From contig MHEE01000017.1 in assembly GCA_001805105.1 (NCBI GenBank), positions 24,131 through 88,130 on the forward strand: 64,000 nt of DNA, read 5' to 3'. A program made the position numbers and the translations under genes. The notes below the pieces were generated by a model. It made no database searches. It saw only the letters and a list, made by a program, of their open reading frames with translations, and had not been told where the DNA came from. This document shows, one piece after another, positions 8,515 through 20,464 of this stretch (the stretch's first letter is position 1; each line of letters starts with the position of its first letter). The DNA is from Nitrospirae bacterium GWF2_44_13 (lineage in GTDB: Bacteria; Nitrospirota; Thermodesulfovibrionia; Thermodesulfovibrionales; UBA1546).

Positions 8515-9800
8515 AGAAAGGTGTCAGGTGTCAGGTGTCAGGTGTCAGCAAAAAACTGTTCACTGTTTTTCTGCTATTCACTATTCACTTTTCATTTTTA
8601 ACTTGCGAAGCGAAAATCTACATTGACATAACCTCTCCTGCGATAAAAAAACTTCCGATTGCTATTCAGGAATTCAGCGGCACGGAAGGAAAACAGATTG
8701 CAGACATCATAAGGGAGGACCTTGAGTTTACGGGTTTTTTCCTTTCAATTGACAGGGCTGCCTATTTAGAGAAATCCAGCGAGACTTTCAATCCTAAAAA
8801 CTGGACTGTAATCGGCGCAGAGGCTGTTATAAAGGGAACTGTGCGCGGAGAACAAAACCTAACAGCAATCGTATCGCTTTATGATACAAGCGAAGGCAGG
8901 GAGGTCTTAAGGAAGGAATACAAAGGAACAAAGGCTTCCATCAGGTATCTTGGCCACACTATTGCAGGTGATATATACCAGCATATAACAGGCGAAAAGG
9001 GGATATTCAGGACAAAGGTGGCATTTGTTGCAGAAGACGAGGGCAAAAAAGGCCTCTATCTGATGGACTGGGATGGCACGGCTATTAAACGGCTCGGAAT
9101 TAAAGGGGATTTCGTCCTCAGGCCGCACTGGTCGCAGGACGGCAGCAGGATGGTCTACTCCTCTGAAAGGGGTGGACAATGGGGGATATATTTGTTAGAC
9201 TTTACGAAAATGACGGAAAAAAAAGTTTTTGCCTCCAGAGGGCTTAATATCACAGGCAATTTTTCCCCTGACGGAGATGAGATTATGTTTTCATCATCGC
9301 AGGATGAGACGTATGGTTTATATAATTTAAGGATTTCAGATTCAAAACTTACAAGAATAACCTCTGCAAGATGGATAGAGATTTCGCCCGCTGTCTCGCC
9401 TGACGGAAAACTCGTTGCATTTGTATCAGACCGCGGCGGAACTCCCCAGATATATATAATGAACAGAAGCGGATATGACACAAGAAGGGTAACATTTGAA
9501 GGCTCGTATAATACCTCGCCAAGCTGGTCGCCCGACAACAAAAAGATTGTGTTCGTCGGCAGAGTCTCAGGCAAGCACCAGATTTTTATTATCTCGCCTG
9601 ACGGCTCAGCTCTTAACCAGATCACAGACAAGGGAAATAACGAAGACCCTTCATTTTCTCCTGATGGAAGATTTATAATATTCTCGTCTGACAGAAACGG
9701 AGGCAGCGGCATTTACATGATGAGGGCAAACGGAGAATCACAAAAGAAAATAACCCCGCCGTGGTTACGGGCCTTTGGCCCAAGGTGGTCGCCGAATTAA
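8511..9800 (+). CDS. tolB: TolB periplasmic beta-propeller protein
   Basis: 429 aa with a TolB N-domain and repeated PxWSPDG beta-propeller blades. ATGA overlap with tolA. Confidence 0.95.
   Translation: MKKGVRCQVSGVSKKLFTVFLLFTIHFSFLTCEAKIYIDITSPAIKKLPIAIQEFSGTEGKQIADIIREDLEFTGFFLSIDRAAYLEKSSETFNPKNWTVIGAEAVIKGTVRGEQNLTAIVSLYDTSEGREVLRKEYKGTKASIRYLGHTIAGDIYQHITGEKGIFRTKVAFVAEDEGKKGLYLMDWDGTAIKRLGIKGDFVLRPHWSQDGSRMVYSSERGGQWGIYLLDFTKMTEKKVFASRGLNITGNFSPDGDEIMFSSSQDETYGLYNLRISDSKLTRITSARWIEISPAVSPDGKLVAFVSDRGGTPQIYIMNRSGYDTRRVTFEGSYNTSPSWSPDNKKIVFVGRVSGKHQIFIISPDGSALNQITDKGNNEDPSFSPDGRFIIFSSDRNGGSGIYMMRANGESQKKITPPWLRAFGPRWSPN
8520..8594. repeat. Heptamer arrays at the 5' end of tolB (GGTGTCA x4, then CTATTCA x2-3)
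   Basis: aggtgtc aggtgtc aggtgtc aggtgtc at 8520-8548 is read as GVRCQVSGVS. ctattca ctattca cttttca at 8574-8594 is read as part of the signal peptide (FTIHFSF). Confidence 0.9.
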
Positions 9801-9817
9801 ATAAAGGAGGAGGTTTT

Positions 9818-10393
9818 ATGAAAAGGATTTTTGTATCGTTTCTGGCTTTTGTTTTAGTTTTCGCTTTTGCAGGATGCGCAAAAAGGACGGTAACCGCGCC
9901 TGATGGGCAGGAAGCGCCAAAGGAAACAGCTCAAAAAGCCGCACCTGTTGAGCAGAAGGCAGAGGAGCCGGTTATGGCAAAGGCAGAGCCTAAGAAGGTG
10001 GAAACCGTGCCGGTAAAGGAAGTCACAGAGGCAAAATCTTCCCAGTTCGGAACTATACTTTTTGATTTTGACAAATACACTGTAAGGGAAGATGCAAAGC
10101 CAACCCTGAAGGCTGTAGCAGACTGGATGATGAAAAATAAAGATGCAAAGATAATCCTGGGAGGGCACTGTGACGAGAGAGGGACTAATGAATACAACCT
10201 TGCGCTCGGAGAAAAAAGGGCAAAATCTGCAAGGGATTACATCGTATCAGCAGGCGTAACAAAGAAAAGGCTCGATACGATAAGTTATGGCGAGGAGAAA
10301 CCGCTCTGCAAAGAGCAGACTGAAGACTGCTGGCAGAAAAACAGAAGAGTTCAGTTTGTACATCAAACATCGTCAGGAAAAGCAGGCAAATAA
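9818..10393 (+). CDS. pal: Peptidoglycan-associated lipoprotein Pal (OmpA family)
   Basis: Start chosen at the ATG preceded by AAGGAGGAGG. It has a lipobox (FAGC) and an OmpA_C domain (GHCDERGTNEYNLALGEKRA). Confidence 0.9.
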   Translation: MKRIFVSFLAFVLVFAFAGCAKRTVTAPDGQEAPKETAQKAAPVEQKAEEPVMAKAEPKKVETVPVKEVTEAKSSQFGTILFDFDKYTVREDAKPTLKAVADWMMKNKDAKIILGGHCDERGTNEYNLALGEKRAKSARDYIVSAGVTKKRLDTISYGEEKPLCKEQTEDCWQKNRRVQFVHQTSSGKAGK

Positions 10394-11284
10394 GTGAAAC
10401 GGACTGCCATAATTCTCCTGTTGTTTCTTGCAGGATGCGTAATAGACGAATTTGAGGTGATGAAGGCTGACGTTAATCAGCTTAAAAAAGATTCCTATGA
10501 TATAAAGAAAGAGACCTCAGAGACAAAATCCGCATTTAAGACAGAGCTTGCCGAGATCAAAGAAAAATCAGCAAAAGAGGACTCGCTTAATGCAATGAGA
10601 GAAAGTATGGTGTCACTGCGCTCTGAGGTCTCAGGGATCTCAAAAGACCTCCAATCTTTGACAGGAAGGTTTGATGAGAACAAGTATTTTATTGACAAGT
10701 CTCTGAAAGATAAATCTTCAGAGATGGATTTGTTACGCGCACAGATAACCTCACTTGAAACACAGGTGAAGGAGATACAGGCCAAGCTCTCTCCAAAAAC
10801 AGATACTGATGCCGCGCCAAAAGACAAGCCTGATGTAAAAGATGTAAAAAAAGAAAAGAAATCCGAAACTGAAGTGGCAAAAAACACTGAAATAAAAGAC
10901 CCTGCAAAAGCGTATGAAGCCGCCTACGCCTCTTTTAAAGATAAAAAATACAAAGAGGCGAGAGAAAAATTTGAGGCGTTCCGGAAAGAATTCCCGAAAG
11001 ATAAGCTTGCCGGCAATGCCCAGTTCTGGATAGCTGAAACCTATTACGCTGAAGAAGACTACGCAGGCGCAATTGTTGAATATGATGCGCTCCTGAAAAA
11101 CTATCCCAAAAATGAGAAGGCTCCGGCTGCTCTTTTAAAACAGGGGTATTCATTTATTGAGATGGGCGATAAGAAAGCCGCAAGAGGAATTCTTGAACAG
11201 CTTAAAGATAAATATCCGAAATCCAAAGAAGCCGCCCTCGCAAATAAAAAATTAGAGGATATGAACAAAAAGGGCAAGAAGTAA
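10394..11284 (+). CDS. cpoB: Tol-Pal system protein CpoB/YbgF
   Basis: GTG start, a coiled-coil N-terminal part and C-terminal TPR repeats. It directly follows pal. Confidence 0.85.
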   Translation: MKRTAIILLLFLAGCVIDEFEVMKADVNQLKKDSYDIKKETSETKSAFKTELAEIKEKSAKEDSLNAMRESMVSLRSEVSGISKDLQSLTGRFDENKYFIDKSLKDKSSEMDLLRAQITSLETQVKEIQAKLSPKTDTDAAPKDKPDVKDVKKEKKSETEVAKNTEIKDPAKAYEAAYASFKDKKYKEAREKFEAFRKEFPKDKLAGNAQFWIAETYYAEEDYAGAIVEYDALLKNYPKNEKAPAALLKQGYSFIEMGDKKAARGILEQLKDKYPKSKEAALANKKLEDMNKKGKK

Positions 11285-11317
11285 CTGAGAGACAAGTTTA
11301 ACAGAACAATAGATTAC

Positions 11318-12262
11318 ATGCGCATCTCCATAACTGACAGGTGCAACCTGCGCTGCGTTTATTGCATGCCTTCTGACGGACTGCGCCTGATAGAGCACAA
11401 AAAGATTCTGTCTTACGAAGAGATACTCAGAATAATAAGAATAGCTTCAGGGCTCGGTGTCAGAAAGATCAGGCTAACAGGCGGCGAGCCCCTGTCAAGA
11501 AAAGACGTTACAAACCTGACTTCCTCAATAAAAAAAATCCCGGGCATAGAAGACCTAAGCATTACAACAAACGGCATCCTTCTTGAAAAGTATGCTGCAA
11601 GGCTCATAGAGTCGGGCGTTGACAGAGTAAACGTAAGCCTTGATTCTTTAAGGCCCGAAAGATACAGGGAGATAACAAGGGGCGGGGACATTAACGTTGT
11701 TCTCCGCGGCATAGAGGCTGCGAGGAAAAGCGGGCTGCTGCCTATAAAGATAAACATGATCCCGATAAAAGGGCTTAACGGGGATGAGATAGTAGACTTT
11801 GCGAAGATAACCCTCAACAGCGACTACCATGTCAGGTTTATTGAGTTCATGCCTTTTGGAAGCCGCGGGTTCTGGAGTGCGGATAAATATATATCCCGCG
11901 ATGAGATAAAGTCCATTGTTTCGACACTTGGGCCGCTTACGCCTGTGCGCGTAAGAAAAAATGGGCCGTCAAAATATTTCAGGCTTAAAGATGCGCAGGG
12001 CGTCATCGGTTTTATAAGCGCAATAACCCACCACTTCTGCGAAGAGTGCAACCGCCTGAGGCTGACTTCAAGCGGTAAACTCAAACCGTGTTTATTCTCT
12101 GAAACAGAGATTGACTTAAAGCCTGCATTAAGAGGCGGCGCTCCTGATGACGAAATAGAGCGTCTCCTCAGGCTTGCAATTGAAATAAAACCCGAAAGGC
12201 ACAATATGAGCGACAGTAGCGACCTTAATGTCTTTCAGGCCATGTCACAAATCGGCGGCTGA
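11318..12262 (+). CDS. moaA: GTP 3',8-cyclase MoaA (radical SAM)
   Basis: CNLRCVYCMP radical-SAM cluster and a C-terminal CxxCxRLRLTSxGKLKPCL motif. The true start is probably upstream (see findings). Confidence 0.9.
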   Translation: MRISITDRCNLRCVYCMPSDGLRLIEHKKILSYEEILRIIRIASGLGVRKIRLTGGEPLSRKDVTNLTSSIKKIPGIEDLSITTNGILLEKYAARLIESGVDRVNVSLDSLRPERYREITRGGDINVVLRGIEAARKSGLLPIKINMIPIKGLNGDEIVDFAKITLNSDYHVRFIEFMPFGSRGFWSADKYISRDEIKSIVSTLGPLTPVRVRKNGPSKYFRLKDAQGVIGFISAITHHFCEECNRLRLTSSGKLKPCLFSETEIDLKPALRGGAPDDEIERLLRLAIEIKPERHNMSDSSDLNVFQAMSQIGG

Positions 12263-12275
12263 GATAGTTTCAAAA

Positions 12276-12350
12276 TGGTAGGCGATGAGGGTATCGAACC
12301 CACGGCCTCTTCCGTGTGAAGGAAGCGCTCTACCACTGAGCTAATCGCCC
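12276..12350 (-). tRNA. tRNA-Val (anticodon CAC)
   Basis: The reverse complement folds as a cloverleaf: GGGCGAT acceptor, GCTC/GAGC D stem, CTTCC-TTCACAC-GGAAG anticodon arm, TTCGATA T loop and an encoded CCA. There is one U-U mismatch in the T stem. Confidence 0.8.
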
Positions 12351-12351
12351 T

Positions 12352-13593
12352 CTACTCCTCTTTCCTGTCTGTCAGCGCTGCAATGCCCGGCAGTTCATTG
12401 CCCTCAAGCAGCTGGAGCGATGCCCCGCCTCCTGTTGATATGAAAGATATCGCATCTGATACGCCAGCCTTGTGCACTGCAAGGTCAGTGTCTCCTCCGC
12501 CGACTATTGTGAGAGCGTATGCATCAGCCACGGAATGGGCAATACCGAAAGTGCCCCTTGAGAATGCATCTATCTCAAAAACGCCCATAGGGCCGTTCCA
12601 TATTATCGTCTTTGCATCCTGCAACGCCTCCGAGAAAAGTTTGACAGACGCAGGGCCTATATCAAGCGCTCTCCAGCCTTTTGGAATTTCCTGCGTAGTA
12701 ACCAGTTTTGTCTCTGAACCTGCCTCCATGCTCTGCGCTATTACGCTGTCAACAGGAAGATAGAACTTAACATTGTTTTTTACCAGTTTTTTCCGTATCA
12801 TCTCTGCAAATTCAAGCATCTCTGTTTCTACAAGCGAATCTCCGACTTCGTATCCCATTGCCTTAATAAAAGTGTATGCCATTCCGCCGCCGACTATAAC
12901 CTTGTCAACCTTATCAACAAGATTTTCAAGAACGCCTATCTTGCCTGAAACCTTTGCCCCTCCGAGTATGGCGACAAACGGCCTTACAGGATTATGCACG
13001 GTCCCCTTAAGATATTCTATTTCCTTTCTCATCAGAAAGCCTGCCGCTGCCGGCAGAAACTTTGTGATACCGACCACTGATGCGTGTACCCTGTGCGCTG
13101 CTCCAAATGCATCGTTAACATAACAGTCGGCAAGACTCGCAAGAGCCCTGGCAAATTCTTCATCGTTTCTTTCTTCGCCGGGATGGAACCTGAGGTTCTC
13201 CAAAAGAAGGACATCGCCTTCTTTCATCTTTGAAACAATGCTTTCTACCTGCGGCCCTATGCAGTCAGGCGCAAAGATAACCTCTTTGCCAAGAAGCCTC
13301 TGCAGCCTCTTTGCAACCGGCGCAAGGGTAAATCTGGGATCAGCTTTCCCTTTGGGCCTTCCGAGATGGGAAGCAAGTATAATCTTTGCCCCTTCGTCTA
13401 TCGCATAATCTATTGAAGGCAGAGTCGAGCGAATCCTGCCATCATCGGTTATGGTAAGGTTGTCATCAAGCGGCACATTAAAGTCCGCCCTTATAAAGAC
13501 CCTCTTGCCTTTAATGTTCAGTTCTTCAATTGTAAGTTTGTTCAGAACATCCTTAATCGGGATATGACTATGATTGTTAATTTTCCTTGCCAT
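12352..13593 (-). CDS. pgk: Phosphoglycerate kinase
   Basis: 413 aa with RADFNVP, the hinge, and a C-terminal GGGDT...STGGGA motif. It lies directly downstream of gap. Confidence 0.95.
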   Translation of the reverse strand: MARKINNHSHIPIKDVLNKLTIEELNIKGKRVFIRADFNVPLDDNLTITDDGRIRSTLPSIDYAIDEGAKIILASHLGRPKGKADPRFTLAPVAKRLQRLLGKEVIFAPDCIGPQVESIVSKMKEGDVLLLENLRFHPGEERNDEEFARALASLADCYVNDAFGAAHRVHASVVGITKFLPAAAGFLMRKEIEYLKGTVHNPVRPFVAILGGAKVSGKIGVLENLVDKVDKVIVGGGMAYTFIKAMGYEVGDSLVETEMLEFAEMIRKKLVKNNVKFYLPVDSVIAQSMEAGSETKLVTTQEIPKGWRALDIGPASVKLFSEALQDAKTIIWNGPMGVFEIDAFSRGTFGIAHSVADAYALTIVGGGDTDLAVHKAGVSDAISFISTGGGASLQLLEGNELPGIAALTDRKEE

Positions 13594-13598
13594 TGAGG

Positions 13599-15901
<2,303 letters not shown>

Positions 15902-15991
15902 GTTCTTGGAAGAAAATTAAAAAAGATAAGGTATGATACCACACGGGATTATTGAATTGCCATATTTCTCCTTTGGTATTAAACTTATTCC

Positions 15992-16525
15992 ATGAAGGGC
16001 TTTGCTTTGTGGATAACAGGGCTTCCGGGAAGCGGCAAGAGCACACTCGCCGATGAAATTAAAAAACTCTATCCGAAATTTATCATATTAAGGATGGATG
16101 CATTCAGAAAGATTGTCACACCAAAGCCGGCTTATTCAGGCCTTGAGAGGGACATTGTTTACCGCTCCCTCGTATATCTCGCAAAGATAATGACAGGACA
16201 GGGACATAATGTGATTATAGATGCGACAGGAAACTTGAGAAAATGGAGAATCCTTGCAAGAAGGTTAATCCCGAAATATGCAGAGATATATCTTAAATGC
16301 CCGCTGGAAGCCGCTATGAAAAGAGAGCGGAAAAGGGCTTGTACTCATAAGGCTCCGAAGGGCATTTACAAAAAAGGCGCAAAGGGCTGGCCTGTGCCGG
16401 GTATGAATGTGCCATACGAAGAACCCCGAAAACCTGAATTGACAATAGAGACAGATGTTGTATCTGTGAATGAAAGCGTAAAGAGCATTAAAAGATTGAT
16501 AGCTCAAACAGACATCAATTCTTAA
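15992..16525 (+). CDS. Adenylyl-sulfate kinase-like P-loop kinase
   Basis: 177 aa. Walker A GLPGSGKSTLA is followed by the APS-kinase-like layout (DAFR..., IIDATGN). Confidence 0.6.
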   Translation: MKGFALWITGLPGSGKSTLADEIKKLYPKFIILRMDAFRKIVTPKPAYSGLERDIVYRSLVYLAKIMTGQGHNVIIDATGNLRKWRILARRLIPKYAEIYLKCPLEAAMKRERKRACTHKAPKGIYKKGAKGWPVPGMNVPYEEPRKPELTIETDVVSVNESVKSIKRLIAQTDINS

Positions 16526-16552
16526 ACATCCACGCTAATACTATATCTACCT

Positions 16553-16942
16553 CTATATTTTCCTAAACTGATGCGGCAGGAGTTCGGAGATTGAGAACTT
16601 TTTAATTCCTCTCTCGGACGCAAGATAAATCTCAATGTCAGGCGCAAATTCGGCAAGCATCTGCCTGCAGGCGCCGCACGGAAAACAATAATCTTTGCTG
16701 GCAGAGACAATTGCAAGCGCCTTAAATTGCTTTTCGCCTTCAACAAGTGCATTTATAAGCGCAGCCCTTTCAGCGCAAAAGCTCAGCATCAATGAGGGGT
16801 TTTCAATATTGCAGCCGTGGTAGATTTTACCGCCATTAGTTATCAGCGCAGCGCCAACGGTAAATTTAGAGTAAGGCGCAAAAGCCTTTTTTCTTGCTGC
16901 CTTTGCTTCACTTACTAATCTTTCAATTTCTGAAGGGAGCAT
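16553..16942 (-). CDS. cdd: Cytidine deaminase
   Basis: 129 aa with the zinc motifs CAERAA and PCGACRQ. Confidence 0.9.
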   Translation of the reverse strand: MLPSEIERLVSEAKAARKKAFAPYSKFTVGAALITNGGKIYHGCNIENPSLMLSFCAERAALINALVEGEKQFKALAIVSASKDYCFPCGACRQMLAEFAPDIEIYLASERGIKKFSISELLPHQFRKI

Positions 16943-16961
16943 AATAACACAAAGTTAAAAA

Positions 16962-18026
16962 TTACGATTCCTTTACATATTTAACTACCATATTGCCAAC
17001 CTCAGTTGTTGAGTGGCCCATATGCCCCGCTGCAAGGCTTTTGAGATGTTTTCCTGTTATTTTCATTACAGCATTTTCTATTGTCCTGCCTGCTTTTTCT
17101 TCTCCGAGATGCTCAAGCATCATGCCGCCCGCGCATATTGCAGCCAGCGGATTGATAACATTCTTTCCTTTATATTTTGGCGCGGAGCCCCCGATCGGTT
17201 CAAACATTGAAACACCCTTCGGATTTATGTTTCCGCCTGCGGCAATGCCCATCCCACCCTGTATCATTGCGCCAAGGTCAGTGATGATGTCTCCGAACAT
17301 ATTGTCAGTGACAATCACATCAAACCACTCAGGGTTTTTTACAAACCACATGGTTATTGCATCTACATGCGCATAGTCAGCCTTTATGTCCGGATATTCT
17401 TTTGCAACCTCATAGAAAGTCCTCTCCCACAGGTCAAATGCGAATGTCAGCACATTTGTCTTTCCGCAGAGCGTAAGCTTTTTCATCTTGTTTCTTTTTT
17501 TGCAGCATTCAAATGCATATCTTATGCACCGCTCAACGCCTTTCCGGGTGTTTATGGACTCCTGCACAGCAACTTCATCGGCTGTGCCTTTTTTTAAAAC
17601 GCCTCCTGCTCCTGCATACAATCCCTCTGTGTTTTCTCTGACAACAACAAAATCTATGTCTTCCGGTTTTTTATCTTTCAGTGGGCAGTCTACACCGGGA
17701 TAGAGCTTCACAGGCCTCAAGTTGATATACTGGTCAAGTTCAAACCTCAGCTTTAAAAGTATGCCTTTTTCAAGAATTCCGGGCTTTACATCAGGATGCC
17801 CTATTGCGCCGAGATAGATTGCATTATGTTTTTTGAGTTCTGATACAGCATTCTCAGGCAGGACTTCTCCTGTCTTTAAATACCTTTCTCCCCCAAAATC
17901 ATAATATGTAAGATTAAGCTTGAACCCGAATTTTTCTTCTGCCGCGTTCAGGACTTTAATCCCTTCCGCTATGACCTCAGGGCCTGTTCCGTCGCCGGGG
18001 ATAACTGCAATGTTGTAAGATTTCAT
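16962..18026 (-). CDS. leuB: 3-isopropylmalate dehydrogenase family (isopropylmalate/tartrate/isocitrate-type decarboxylating dehydrogenase)
   Basis: IAVIPGDGTGPEV plus the NMFGDIITDLGA motif. Start placed at the MKSYNI Met, 9 nt after an AAGGAG located in the end of leuD. Confidence 0.7.
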   Translation of the reverse strand: MKSYNIAVIPGDGTGPEVIAEGIKVLNAAEEKFGFKLNLTYYDFGGERYLKTGEVLPENAVSELKKHNAIYLGAIGHPDVKPGILEKGILLKLRFELDQYINLRPVKLYPGVDCPLKDKKPEDIDFVVVRENTEGLYAGAGGVLKKGTADEVAVQESINTRKGVERCIRYAFECCKKRNKMKKLTLCGKTNVLTFAFDLWERTFYEVAKEYPDIKADYAHVDAITMWFVKNPEWFDVIVTDNMFGDIITDLGAMIQGGMGIAAGGNINPKGVSMFEPIGGSAPKYKGKNVINPLAAICAGGMMLEHLGEEKAGRTIENAVMKITGKHLKSLAAGHMGHSTTEVGNMVVKYVKES

Positions 18027-18028
18027 CG

Positions 18029-18526
18029 TCAATTGCTCCTTAACTTCTTCTTTGTCCATTCCACAAGCCCGCCGGATGCAATCAGCTCCTGCATGAATGG
18101 AGGAATGGGGTTTGCCTTATAGGACTCGCCTTTTGAAATATTTTTTATGATTCCCTTATCTGCATCTATCTCAATCTCGTCGCCTTCTTTTATCTTCTCT
18201 GACGCCTCTTCAGACTCAAAAATGGGAAGGCCTATGTTAAATGCATTCCTGTAAAATATCCTCGCAAAGCTCTTTGCTATCACAGCCTGAATCCCTGCTG
18301 CCTTTATCGCAATCGGCGCATGTTCCCTTGATGAGCCGCATCCGAAATTCTTGCCTGCGACAATAACATCTCCTGCCTTTACCTTGTTCGGAAAATCCTT
18401 GTCGGCATCCTCCATTATATGCTTTGCAAGCTCTGCGGGGTCGGATGTGTTGAGATGCCGAGCAGGTATAATTGCGTCTGTGTCAATGTCATTGCCGAAC
18501 TTCCAGTTTCTTCCCTTGATTATCAT
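18029..18526 (-). CDS. leuD: 3-isopropylmalate dehydratase small subunit (aconitase swivel domain)
   Basis: From the internal Met: [25 protein letters not shown]...[14 protein letters not shown]. No large subunit is adjacent. Confidence 0.75.
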   Translation of the reverse strand: MIIKGRNWKFGNDIDTDAIIPARHLNTSDPAELAKHIMEDADKDFPNKVKAGDVIVAGKNFGCGSSREHAPIAIKAAGIQAVIAKSFARIFYRNAFNIGLPIFESEEASEKIKEGDEIEIDADKGIIKNISKGESYKANPIPPFMQELIASGGLVEWTKKKLRSN

Positions 18527-18530
18527 GCGT

Positions 18531-19466
18531 CTATATTTCCATATCCCACAGTCTTGGGTCAAGTGCATCTCTCAGCCCTTCACCAACAAGATTGTAACTC
18601 AGGACGGTAATCAATATGGCAAGCCCCGGAAAAACAGAAAGCCACCATGCAATTTCTATGTTGTCCTTTCCCAATGTGAGGATATTGCCCCAGCTTGGCG
18701 CCGGAGGCTGAACGCCTATGCCGAGGAAACTGAGCGCAGATTCCACAAGCACAGCGCCTGCTATTCCAAGCACGGCAGAGACAAACACAGGAGCCATGCT
18801 GTTTATCATTATATGCCTGAAGATGATATTCATATCCCCTGTTCCCAATGCTCTTGCTGCAAGGACAAATTCCCTTTCTTTTAATGAAAGGACTTCTGCC
18901 CTTACAAGCCGCGCCACGCCCATCCAGGACGTAAGTCCGATCACCATCATAATATTCATTATATTAGGGTCAATGAGTATTACCCTTAAGCTTTCCCGTA
19001 TCCAGCCCGGTATCGCAGAAGAACTCCAGATGTTAGGGTCAATAAACGCAATAACAGCAAGGATGAGAAAAAAGGTTGGGATTGTGAGCATTATGTCAAT
19101 GAATCTCATGATTATGCTTTCAACCCATCCGCCGTAATATCCTGAGATTGCACCGAGAAAAATGCCTATAAGTGTTGCTATGCCTACAGAAACAAAACCC
19201 ACAGACAATGATATTCGCGACCCTAAAATCATCCTGCTCAATACATCTCTGCCAAGGTCATCTGTGCCCAGAGGATGTTTGAGGCTTGGAGCTTCAAGTA
19301 CATGTTTTCTGTCAATGTCGTCAGGGTTATGCGGAGAAATAAAAGGCGCAAAAACAGCAACAAAAAACATCAGAACCACAACAACCCCTCCGGCTGCTGC
19401 AAGCCTGTTTTTCCTGAATCTCCTCCAGAAAACGCCATTTAAAGAATGTAAAGAATGCCCTTTCAT
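18531..19466 (-). CDS. ABC peptide/nickel-type transporter permease (OppC/DppC-like)
   Basis: 311 aa, multi-TM, with a BPD_transp_1 EAA-like loop ([15 protein letters not shown]). Confidence 0.85.
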   Translation of the reverse strand: MKGHSLHSLNGVFWRRFRKNRLAAAGGVVVVLMFFVAVFAPFISPHNPDDIDRKHVLEAPSLKHPLGTDDLGRDVLSRMILGSRISLSVGFVSVGIATLIGIFLGAISGYYGGWVESIIMRFIDIMLTIPTFFLILAVIAFIDPNIWSSSAIPGWIRESLRVILIDPNIMNIMMVIGLTSWMGVARLVRAEVLSLKEREFVLAARALGTGDMNIIFRHIMINSMAPVFVSAVLGIAGAVLVESALSFLGIGVQPPAPSWGNILTLGKDNIEIAWWLSVFPGLAILITVLSYNLVGEGLRDALDPRLWDMEI

Positions 19467-20464
19467 TGCTTTGCCCGTATCCTCGGATCCGCAAGCATAT
19501 AACCGATATCAGCAAGGAGATTTCCCAACAGAGTCAGCATGCCTCCGATTGTGAGAATACACATCACCATCGGATAATCCCTTGTCATAACGCTCATGAA
19601 GAACAACTGCCCCATTCCGGGAATGCCGAAAACACTCTCTAAAATTACGCTTCCGCCTATAAGCCCGGGCACAGATAAACCAATTAAAGTAATAAGAGGC
19701 AGGAGGGCATTCCTGAGCGCATGTTGGTAGATAACCTTTTTATCGGGCAAGCCTTTTGCCCTTGCCACTGTGACATAATCCTGCCTTACAACTTCAAGCA
19801 TACTGCTCCTCATGAATCTTGAATCTCCTGCAAGGCCTCCGAATGCGGAAATAAAAATAGGCAGGATGAGATGGCTTATTCTGTCCCACATCTTGCCTAA
19901 TAAAGGCAGTGCATCGTAATTCAGAGATTTCAGGCCGGAAACCGGAAGCCAGCCGAGATATACCCCGAAGAACATCATTAAAAGAAGCGCAAACCAGAAT
20001 GACGGCATTGCAAACCCGATGAAAACAGTTGTTGTCATTATTTTGTCGTAGAGAGAATTCTGATGAGTGGCTGATGAGACGCCTATCGGTATTGAGATTG
20101 CAAGGATGATTGCAAACGTTATCAGATTTATCATCAACGTGATGAAGAGCCTTCTGTCAAGCAGGGACTGTTTCTTGTCCCATATCTTCTGCATAACAGG
20201 CCTTCTGTCTGTTGAGAACGATTCTCCAAAATCAAGTTTTACGATTCTTTTCAGCCACAGGCCGTATTGGATTATCACCGGCTTGTCAAGGTTATAGAGT
20301 TTTTCCAGCCTTTCCCTTGCCTCAGGCGTTATCTTCGGATTTAACTCTGTGAGAATATCCGTAGGTTTTCCCGGAGCAAGGTGGATGATAAAGAACGAAA
20401 TTAAAGTTATCCCCACGAGTGTGGGAATCATCTCAAACAGCCGTTTTATTAAATAGGCAATCAT
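19463..20464 (-). CDS. ABC peptide/nickel-type transporter permease (OppB/DppB-like)
   Basis: 333 aa. N-terminus YLIKRL...[20 protein letters not shown] is typical of OppB/DppB. 4-nt overlap with the next gene. Confidence 0.85.
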   Translation of the reverse strand: MIAYLIKRLFEMIPTLVGITLISFFIIHLAPGKPTDILTELNPKITPEARERLEKLYNLDKPVIIQYGLWLKRIVKLDFGESFSTDRRPVMQKIWDKKQSLLDRRLFITLMINLITFAIILAISIPIGVSSATHQNSLYDKIMTTTVFIGFAMPSFWFALLLMMFFGVYLGWLPVSGLKSLNYDALPLLGKMWDRISHLILPIFISAFGGLAGDSRFMRSSMLEVVRQDYVTVARAKGLPDKKVIYQHALRNALLPLITLIGLSVPGLIGGSVILESVFGIPGMGQLFFMSVMTRDYPMVMCILTIGGMLTLLGNLLADIGYMLADPRIRAKQ

